Of a DNA stretch of 64,000 nt, positions 53,878 through 64,000 are shown piece by piece. The stretch is from Takakia lepidozioides (Eukaryota > Plantae > Bryophyta): assembly GCA_030704615.1 (NCBI GenBank), contig CM060731.1, positions 42,966,001 to 43,030,000 of the forward strand. Reading direction: 5' to 3'. The notes under the pieces are model-generated. The model had not been told where the DNA came from. It did no database searches and was given only the letters and a program-made list of their open reading frames with translations. Numbering within the stretch: the stretch's first letter is position 1; each line of letters begins with the position of its first letter. Both the position numbers and the translations under genes were made by a program.

Positions 53878-56800
53878 AAGTGTGGGAAGGGAGGACCGGA
53901 ACCTCTTGGCTACCCACTGCCACTTGAGAGAGAGAGATATATAGAGATTGAGCTTGAAACCATGCCAACCAAAGGACAGAGATGCACCACATGAGATTGA
54001 GGTTTTCATTTTCTACTGAGGGCTTTGTTGGAAGCGACACCAACTGTGGGAGCTTCCGCACTCGACTCCTCTAACTCCATTTCCGCCTCATCCCTACAAT
54101 AATCATTTGTGTTCGAGGTAGCGGGTAACGCCTCCATGGGGTCGCGCGGGTCTACCATTGGCACTGCCTCCTTGTTCACCAGCCTCCCATTCCTTCACAA
54201 AGGTAAGGTAGGATCAAAACTAATTTTCCTACGCGATCGTCCATCCTTGCCCTTCTGCCTATACGAAGACTCAGTGAGAGGAGATAGATTGCGAATAGAG
54301 AGAAACTAGAGTGAGCGAGCAGAGAGAAACACTTAGAGAGGAGAAGAAAAAGTGAGGAAATGAGAAGTCCGTGACGGTGACAAGTCAACCTAAATCCTGG
54401 CATCCGCCTGTCCATTTTCAAATTAAACGCCACGTGTTGCGATCGTGATGAACAGTGCAGTATACCTACATGCATGTGTAGTAATAAGTGTGACTAATAC
54501 TAGTACTAATAACAATACAGATGACCACACTCTTAACTTGACTCATAGTATGACTATTAGTAATAACGCCTACTAATATAATGACTCATACTGACACTAG
54601 AGATATAACGTTAGGGTTCGCTGCTAGGGTTTGATTTAGCATGGACTTAAAGTGCATATTTTACACTAAGCTAGTATGTTAAACCTTAACTCCTAGCATA
54701 CTGAACGTCTCGCGTAGGATGAACATCTGGCATAGGATGAACGTCTGTACTTAGAGGCATACAGGAGATGGCGACCAGCAAGAAAGAATTCAAAAAACTC
54801 ACAGCTCATTGAGTTCATGTCGGAGTCGATTCATTCCCAACGCTTCCTGCATGGCCAGCTTCCCTGCTATCATGCGTTCTCGTTCCTCCAGAGTTGCTCG
54901 AGCCCTCCGTTCGGTTGAATTCTCTGAGATAGAAGATGAGTCTGTGTCGCTTGAAGTACATGCATAGGGGTAGTTGCAAGGTAGAGTGGACCAAAAACGA
55001 CAGATGACGACGTCCATGGTAGTCCACGACCGTCCATAAAATTGACTGTCTTTCCCTAAGTAATTTCAAATGATGATAGACAATGGTATATTTAACATTT
55101 TCAGTAAAGGGTCTTATCCCAAATATCAAAGATTTAAGTTTTATTATAAATTTTAGTCTTCAATTTGAATAAAAATTGAGAAAACAAAAATTAGAATTTA
55201 CATCGATTTGTTCATATACCACCAGGCCATTGTAGATTATATTTTTGTATCCATTTTAGTGAGGTACCACTTGGAAACAAAATAGACAAAGTGGTATGGA
55301 CTTTTTTAAAACACGCATTTTTGGAGCACAAATTAGTCCATAAGGTCTAAATCAGAAATAAGTTTGTCCATGTATATGCATATTTACAAAGTTAACAAAA
55401 ATGGCCCCCACCATGTTGTCCTTAGAGCAATTGCCCAATTGCAAAGTCCTTTTCTAGAGTCCATAAGCTTCATTCTGTTAAATGGACAGTCCACAGTTTT
55501 CAAGTTCAAAAGTCTATAGCTTGGACACACTTTGTCCGTTTTGCATTTTGACAATTGGCACATGTAGCTAATATAGTTGGCAATACTAAAGCGTCTACAT
55601 TGGATACAATAGTTATTTTTTTAAAAAACAAACTGAATGGTTTCATGGACCGCAGTCCCTGCAGAATTGACAGTTGGAAGTCCATTTTGGTCCAATCTAC
55701 CTTGCATTCACCCATAGCTTGGATGATCCCCTGCATTTTGCTCGTGTTTTATCGGGCTTTCTACACTAGGCGTTGACTCCCCTAAATCCTGCCTTGCAAT
55801 GTCCGTTTCCATCTTCACGATGGTGCTATGAATTTCATAAAGATCCTTGTAAGCATAGCCGACAAATTGCAAGATCGTAGTAAGCACACGAGGCACCGCC
55901 ATTCCTATGCCAATGCAAGTTGCTCGAGCTGAAAGGTTAATTCACGAATGCAGACCCTCATATATGCCAACGGATGAGACAAAAATCAAAATGCCAAGCG
56001 TTGAATATGATTCATTGATTTCACTACACTCGGTATCCAAAATCGCACGTAGTACAACTTGGGGGAAAAATAATATTACGTCACAACAAGCTTGTAGAAG
56101 AACTGACTCCAAACTTGTTCATCGTGGAGTTTATTCACGAACGCATAGTACACTACATAGGCTGCTTGTAGTGTTAGGCACTATAGGTAGATGGTTTTTC
56201 CAGTCATTCCTACGACTGTGCCCAATAAAATAATCATAATTCTAGTCATATCAATTACTTTCAATTACTTGTAGTCATTGATATGTCTAAAGTTAGTGTA
56301 CTCACTAGGCAGTGTGCTCAACGAGTCATTTATATCACTACCGGGTAGGAATATGAGTAGTTTGTCTGATTGTGAGGCATTTGTTTCATTGCTATTGACG
56401 GGCAAGTGGTCCAACAAGAATGTATATTTGAATATGATGTCAGTATGAATATCCCTACCTCGACTGTAGCATCCAAAAATCATGAGACCTGTATAGAGGA
56501 TGCCCGTGTGATGATAGGCTTTGGCAACGTACAGTAACCTGTGCTCGCGAATATGGGCTGTCTCAATTGCCATGCCCTTGCAATCAATGCCTTGGGACAA
56601 GGACGACGATGGGGTAAGAGCGGGGGTGGGTAGGATTTGACCGACCCCCGCCAGCTGCCGGAGGCCACAAACTGGCGGTACCGGGTGTCAGGCCGGGACG
56701 GGCCTGACGTGCTCACATTAAGTTCTTAGAACATCCCCACCCTTCTCACTGAAATGGCCCCTCTATGGCTATTTTAAAGGGGTTGGTTCAGGACTCTCGA

Positions 56801-57517
56801 AAGGTGTGTGAAGGGGTCGTAGCCACACCCTTGCCCCTCGTTACGCCCCTATATCCTAAGTTCTCGCCTTTTTGGAGTTCCCAGCAACGTTCTTGTATGC
56901 TCCTCGATCACGTTCCCCACCGACCGCCTGCCTTCATCATCCCCGTCGTAGCTCTTGAGTCCAGCTAGATTGGAGGCGAGAGGCCGGGAGGCACACTCGG
57001 ACATATCCATGGTGAGGACGACTCGGTTGCGGGACGAGTTTAGGTCACTGTATATCGTGCACCAATTGGTGCCACAAAGGTGTCCACCTTCCTAGCGGAA
57101 GGCAATAACCCTGGGGGGTGAAGAGACACCATAATTTACGCTTCTTTTGGGAGGCTTCAATATAAAATATTATTGTTCGTGCACGGATATAGTGAAAGAG
57201 AAGGGGTTCAAGGTCCACTCTTTACAGCATATACGAGGCAAGGGTGTGGTCTGTTTGGAGGGAAATTTGGACATGTAGCCAGGTTACCCTACGGAATTCA
57301 TCCACGAGTATTTTTGTAATGCAATAAACAATCAACACGTCATCAATTGGCTTGATTCCGGATGGAACCTGACACCTTGCTGACGTCATGACAAGGCTGG
57401 TTCCGTTCGTAACTCCGTGAATTTTATTTCTAACTTATTACGCATGCCCTAAGAAAATGAGAAATTATTACCTAGTTTTGTCATTTGTTGTAAATTTGTA
57501 TAATTTTCTCAGCGTAG

Positions 57518-58993
57518 TGTCAAGGACGAGAACATGACTGAACACAAACAAGAGATCAAACTAGAGGTACAAGACTAGACAAGAAATCAAGGTCGGCATG
57601 GCCGAATGCATGATGAGTATATAAAGAATCAAGACGATCTTTATAACAATGAACAAGAGTACAAGATATTGGAACACGACTTGAATACTGGAATGCTGGA
57701 AACTGGACTTGAGTACCAGATACTAGAAACTGGGCTAGAGTACTGGGAACTGGACTAGAGTATTGGGAACTGGAAACAAGAGTAGTTTGAAGAGAGAGAG
57801 AGAAGACTCCGACCGAGGCCGGCGTAACTAAGAGCCACTTCGTCTTGCGGCTACTGCCCTTTTTCAGGGGTGGGCCCTATGTAAGAATAATTGGTGTCCA
57901 GGGGACACCAAGTAGCCAGTCCGTGGGGGTGGTAGTAGAGACGGTATCGTGTGGTACCTAAGGGGGGCCCCAGGGGGGCACCCCATGGGTGCCCGCCGGG
58001 TATCCAAATATATGTATCTAGGAGGCAAGAGCAGGGTTTGATTCAAGCTGTCGTTTGTTGGTGATGTTAGCAGTGAGAGAACGGAGGGCTGTGAGGTGTA
58101 TGGCTTTGAAGCATTTATGGATGGAGATGATAGGAAGATTAAAGTTATATTTAAGTTCCGAGATGCTGGCAGGCTTGTGGATGCCCCCTCTAGTGCCGGC
58201 AGTGATGAGGGGGCCTGAAACGATATGATTACAGTGTTGCAAACTACATTTTGAAATGAAAGCGCCACAAATGAGTCTCACTCCATTTCCTGCGAGCAAC
58301 GTAACCTTAGCCTAACACATCATTCAACAAAAACACAGAAATGCACTTGAATAGAAATAGAGACCACAGATTTTTGTCCCATTACATACAATTAGCTACA
58401 GATACCATGAAATATCTGAAATGATCTCAGTACAGTGCTACAAATGCAAAGAAACTACATCTTGAAATGAGAGCGACGAGTCTCGCTCCATTTTCTGCGA
58501 GCAGTGTAGTCTTAGTCTACCCCATTATTATACACAAACACAGAAAATACACGTTGAAAAGAAACAGAGACGACTGCCCCATTGCCTGCAATTAGCTACA
58601 TATAACCTGGTCCATCATGAATAGACAGAGATCACTATAGAATTCGAGCTTCTCGAGCTCGAGAAGCTTATATAGAAGCCATTGCGGCACGACAAGAGAG
58701 GTTAGGGATTGAAGATCGATGGTTAGGGATTGGGGATTGATGTTTGCCGAAAAATCGATCGCCGGAAATTGAACATTTCTACTACGCAGTGGAACTGGCA
58801 TGAGTTTGCCGGTTCCCTCCGCTCGCGCTCCCGCGCTCGCGGGGTTTCTAGGCGGAATTGGCTCACTCATGCCAGTTCCACTATACGTAAAAACAAAGGG
58901 TGGGGCCAAAAGCCAGGATGTTTGGCAACCTATTCCAAAGGGTGACGTCAATGTGTCAGAATGAGCTAATAACGAGGGATTCGGGACTTGACA
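57518..58993 (-). mobile_element. Possible solo LTR
   Basis: TGTCAAG...CTTGACA inverted termini, TATA-like CTATATAAG on the minus strand at ~58670, internal ~20-bp and ~210-bp tandem repeats; no clean TSD (CGTAG vs CGACA). Confidence 0.35.
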
Positions 58994-59054
58994 CGACACA
59001 ATGGCAGGGTGTTCAATACAGAGGTATGGGTGGAAGGGAGAGCTCTACGTACTA

Positions 59055-59361
59055 GAGAACGCGCCCCTGGGGCGCATTATGGCTCCTAGTGAGTCACTAG
59101 GGCGAGGCCGGTAGGCAGAGACCTAGGACGAACTAGGTGCCATAATGCGCCCTAGGGGGCGGGTTCCCTGGCTAAAGGAATTTTGGGGGGCAGATTCTGC
59201 GAGGCCCTGATTGGCTGCAGGCCATAATGAGCCAATAAAAGTCAAACTGCCGATTAGGAACGCAGAATGCGCCAGCAACGTGGAGCGACAACCTAATTTG
59301 CCTCCAACCTAAAGGCAGAATCTGCCCCCAAAATCCTTTACGGCGCCAGGAAGAGTGTTCT
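59055..59361. mobile_element. MITE-like element with nested inverted repeats directly upstream of the P450
   Basis: Outer GAGAAC...GTTCTC; inner pairs gggcgcattatggc.cctagt / actagg.gccataatgcgccc and aaagga..ttttgggggg cagattctgc / gcagaatctgcccccaaaatccttt. Confidence 0.55.
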
Positions 59362-59425
59362 CATTTTCTGGATCGGTACTCCAGTTCACGGGACTCCGAC
59401 GATCTTGAGAGGGATAGTAGAAAAT

Positions 59426-61441
59426 ATGGAAACATACGCACCAGGCCTGCAAGGAAGCGTTTGGTGGGCTCAACAACAACTTGGGCTACCTCTTATATCG
59501 ATAGGCGTCCTTGTCGCCATTGCAGTGTACGGTTATCTCTTCTTAAGAAAACCCACTCGCTTGCCTCCAGGGCCACGCCCATGGCCTGTCGTGGGAAACT
59601 TACCCGTGTTGGATAATCTTCCGCACAAGGCATTGGCACGCCTGGCTAACAAATATGGGCCTCTGATGTACCTGCGCCTTGGGTCATACGATACTGTTGT
59701 AGCGTCGACTCCAGAGATGACAAAACAGTTTCTCAGGACTCATGATCAAGCGTTTGCCTATCGTCCAAAGACTTTGGCTTTGTCTATATTTTATTCAAAT
59801 AATCTGAGCATTGCGCTTTCTTCAGGTTCTTATTTGCGTCATTTACGCAAGATCTGCCTGGTTGAGCTCTTCACTCAGAAACGCATCGAATCGTTTCGAT
59901 CTGCAAGGACAGAGGAGATAACTGCCACATTGAAGGCCATCCTTGAGGAGTCACAGAAGGAAAAGGTGGTAGACCTCAGCCTCAAGTTGTCGTCGTTGGC
60001 TACTAACAACATGAGTCGCATGCTGATGAACAAAAGGTGATGCATGAGCTGAGCCGTTTGATTTTCTGTTGAATGGAGATTATGAGAACATATATAAAGT
60101 TCTTTGTTGTACATATTTGACATCCATGGAAACCTGGTACTCCCTATAAGCTAGCAACAGTTTAGGCAACGTGAATATCCTTCAGGACTGTCATCGACGC
60201 TTAGTATTGAATTGCCATTTTCACCTGTCTCAGGTTCGGCGGGATCGATGTGGAGTCTAAAGAAGTGCAACAGTTTACCGGACTTGTCGACAAACTAACG
60301 CACTTCCTCGGGCTGTTCATTGTTGGTGACTACGTCCCGTATCTATCGTGGGTGTCGAAGCTGCAAGGTATCGAGGGGCGTATGAGGGAGACGCAGGTCG
60401 CACTGCACAGTATTACTCAGCAGTGGATTGACGAGCACAGAAAGGCTGCATCAGTGGAGAAAGGGAATATGGATACACCAAAAGACTTTCTTGATGTGTT
60501 GCTCACCATGCCTACAGAAGATGGAACTGGTCATCTCTCCGATGTAACCATACATGCTGTGATCCTGGTAAGTTTTGATTAATATGAATGTAATCCACTA
60601 AATTTTTTATGATCACTTGAGCATCATCATCGACAGCTCGTCCCGAATAAGTTACAATACTAGTGAAGTTCTAGCTATGTTAGAATGCAAGATCTATTCC
60701 CAAAAAATCTGGCTTCAGGGAGAGAGCTAGCTTTGAGGTCAAAATTCTTGTGTTCACTTGTTGCAGGACATGATGGCTGGGGGATCAGAGACATCGGCGG
60801 TCACAACAGAATGGGCACTGGCCGAGCTTCTTCGCAACCCTCATATGATGAGACGCGTACAAGCTGAACTAGATGCTGTCGTTGGAACCACTCGGCTTGT
60901 CCAGGAATCAGACCTTCCAAATCTCGAGTACCTACAAGCTGTAATAAAAGAGAACTACCGCCTTCACCCCCCGGCTCCATTGCTGTTTCCCCACGAGTCT
61001 CGTGAGACATGCGAAGTTGCTGGTTATATTCTGCCAGCCAAAACCCGTCTGATCGTCAATCAATGGGCAATAGGCCGGGATCCTTCTAGCTGGGAAAGAC
61101 CTCTTGAGTTTGATCCAGAAAGATTCATGGAGCATCCTGAGCTTGATGTGAAAGGCCAGCACTTCCAGCTTTTGCCTTTTGGAACCGGAAGGAGAGGATG
61201 CCCGGGAATGCCACTCGCACTTGTCATGGTTCAGATAATGCTTGCTCGCCTTGTTCAGAGCTTTGACTGGTCCCTTCCAAATGGGCAGGACCCCACTACT
61301 TTGGACATGTCAGAGAAATTCGGAGCATCACTTCCCAGAGCAAAACCATTGCATGTTGTGGCACACCAAAGGTTGCCTGCCCATTTGTACGAGTACAGTT
61401 TCGTTGTTGGCAGAGAAACCTACGGGATGGCTTGCATGTAG
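59426..61441 (+). CDS. Cytochrome P450, CYP71 clan (A-type), apparently intact
   Basis: Exons 59426-60036, 60234-60567 and 60767-61441; N-terminal TM helix, LPPGPRPWP, AGGSETS, KENYRLHP, FDPERF, PFGTGRRGCPG. Confidence 0.95.
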
Positions 61442-62715
61442 TTCGACATACTCAACCCCATGATTGTGGTTGTACTTCTGCAGCAGCTTGTTTACAGATA
61501 TTTTCTGAGAGAGTCCCTGTAGAACTTGCAAACGAAAACTTCGGTCTGCGTCTTCTCACTTTCACAGGACTAAATAGTGCGTCGTACCTACCCCTGAAGA
61601 CTAATGCTCTTGAACCATCCCCCTCTACTCATACTTGAACTGTAGAGGGAGTGCAACAGATTGGCAGACTGAGTCTTAGGCACCAACTCTTTGTTGGTGG
61701 CATGTCTTGCAATTGTCACATTGTGAGTGTCACATAGGAAGGGTGACGCCAATAAAAAAATAACATATTCACATGGTAACATCATACATCTACATTAAGT
61801 TAAAATCTGTCTTGTGTAAATGGATTGTCACAGATTGAACATTTTATGTATTTATTCAGGCATCCGGGGAGCTTCAATTGCAATAGCCAACATAACACTA
61901 CACCAACATGGCATTAAATAGATTTTCCAATCTCTGACTCTTGCCAAACTCACAGTGGGCCGAAACAGGGGTGAAGTGCCCAACAGCAGCCCACCATTCC
62001 AGCAAGGGTTACTTTAGTCTAGAGCTGCATCTCTGAGACAGTATTGAAACTGCCCCCTCACTTCTTGGCAGCTGCCAAATCTCAGCTTTCTGAAGCACAT
62101 CCAAATTGTTGAGCAGTACATTCTCCTGTGCCACGCTTTGGCATAGGAAGAACCTGTGCTTTGATTTCTTGTGTCCACCATCACAGAGAATACCACGACA
62201 CACTATCTTTCTAGTTATGTCACAGAAGGGCTCTTGTCCACTTCTGCTAGTAAGAGAGATTTTGAGACATCTCTGTCAGTCCGGGAGATATCTCAAAAAT
62301 GCATAAAATCCAAGAAATGACGAATAAAAACATGAAACCTTCAAACTATTGTAGTCCCGAGCAACCCATAATCCAATAGAAGGGTCAGGTTCAGATTTTC
62401 CATATGGCAGCTAGACAAGGCAAATGCAGAGCACTTGCAAGTTCCTGTGCTTAATGCACATCAAGAAGCAAATAACACATACCTCAACTTGACCATTGTG
62501 AGCATGGATGAACACTTGGCAAACAATTCGTTCCCAAATCACTCCATTTTATAACGGTTGGGTACAGGTTGACTCAAGCAGCAACTCCAATGACACTAGC
62601 TCAAGGGCTTCAAATGAAACCACTACTACAACAAGAAATGTAATCTAAGATATCTGGACACTGTTACATCAAAGAATGATTGAGGAAATAAAATCCAACA
62701 AGATTCCTGTGGACA

Positions 62716-64000
62716 TCAGAAATCCATGTCAGACCACTCATCATAAATCTGAAGGTCTGTATCTTTGATGGTTTTATCAACCCCCAACCTAATATCAAGA
62801 ATACTATCCTCTACCGGTGATGCTTTAGGGCTCTCTTGCTCCTTAATGAAAGGGATGTATAGCTGGTCTGGATCTTCCTCATCATCCTCTTTTGGGGGAT
62901 CATACTCATGTAACAGGCGCCCACTTTCTGATCTGGCCATCCCAGCTACGCTTGCTGCAAACCTGTCGGGTGTCTGGGGTGTGAGGGCCACCTTTCTTTC
63001 GAGAGTACCTGCATCAAAACCAGGCTACTGTTATAACAAGTACCTGAATCATAGCAGACAAGATATAGTATACTCACCTCCCGGAAAATAAGGAAGCTTC
63101 TCATACGCTGACATCACAGTGAGCTCGCCGCTTTGAACATCAGGAAAGTTCCTGTAGAGAGTGAGCACATGACAGCCCAGTGACTTGCATACATTTAACT
63201 TCACAGTTCCACAGTCAAGCCAACACCTACTAACAAGATAAGATCTTGGCAAATTAGTATGCCTTCAAATCTTGCATGAGATTGCACACCAACCTACCAC
63301 AGAGACCAGGCATACCATCTGGACCATACATATCTAGCTTGAGATTAAGAGTAGATGTGAACTCAGACCCCAAGAACCAAGAGACATTACCTTGGAACGA
63401 GTTTCTCATAGCGTTCATAACCAAGCGTGTTCTTGCCATAGTCAATTTGTTTCTGCCGTTGGCTCAGTCGATGAGAATCATCTTCCTTTGGCTTCTCTTG
63501 TACATCTGCGTCATTGATGACAAATTATGTATGAACTTCCACAACTGAGGCAGGACGCCACAAGCTTGCTCCAAGAGAATTGCAAGGGCAAGCACATAAC
63601 AAACATCACAACAGATAGCTCAGCTCCTAGCCAGTTGATTGCCAGAGACATGGGTACAGAGAACAGTAATTAAAAGGTCAAGAGATCCTTTTCACCGCTA
63701 CATCCACATGCTCTAACAGTCTATCTGAATCTGTGTTCTTCGTGAATATCAGATTTTCGTCAGCATTATCACCAAAGAGACAGGAGACAAAGAATTCTTA
63801 CTTAGGGCGCAGTCACAGTGAACTTGTGAGTGTAGTCTATGGCCGTAACAGACTTCTGCACGTGGTCGGGGCTGTTCTCCGTCCCCAAGCCTTGCCCTTT
63901 CATAGTCCGAACAGACTCCCACTCGTTGGGGTAGTTCTCTTTCTCCAATTCTCGCTCTTTCATTGCCCAACGAGTCCGACCAATATTTTCTCCATTGCTC
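62716..64000 (-). CDS. SLBP: Histone RNA stem-loop binding protein (SLBP)-like gene; 5' end outside window; apparent 2-nt deletion at ~62920
   Basis: Exons >64000-63802, 63505-63391 and 63008-62716 splice to DDSHRLSQRQKQIDYGKNTLGYERYEKLVPR-YSRKKGGPHTPDTRQVCSKRSWDGQIRKW/RLLHEYDPPKEDDEED. This aligns with the SLBP RNA-binding domain (RRQKQINYGKNT..YDRY...HPKTP...SRRSWDQQIKLW...LH.WDPP). Confidence 0.88.

Overview
Eukaryotic nuclear DNA from a plant, most likely a non-seed land plant. This is inferred from GT-AG introns, PLS-type PPR repeats, a CYP71-clan P450, an RD21-like protease and an SLBP-like gene. Host genes lie at both ends. On the left are an RD21-like papain/granulin protease (+, 5' end outside the window) and a convergent At3g05675-like BTB gene (-). 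On the right are an intact 3-exon cytochrome P450 (+) and a convergent histone stem-loop-binding protein (SLBP)-like gene (-) that the ORF track misses because of introns and a 2-nt frameshift. About 11-59 kb is a nest of decayed mobile DNA: a MULE transposase head-to-head with a protein kinase, a Ty3/Gypsy pol fragment with an in-frame C5 DNA methyltransferase and a C-terminal PHD finger, two Sola-like DDD transposons, a Crypton-like tyrosine recombinase, hAT, piggyBac-type and foldback MITEs, a tRNA-derived SINE, a LINE fragment and PPR pseudogenes. Each Sola-like element has its own dispersed 18-bp palindrome, and one sits beside a decayed ORF with RNA Pol II CTD-like heptads. The strongest candidates for new biology are the DNMT+PHD retrotransposon, the plant SLBP with a frame-restoring 74-nt cassette exon, and the CTD-mimic ORF. 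All family calls come from manual motif recognition; no database searches were run.
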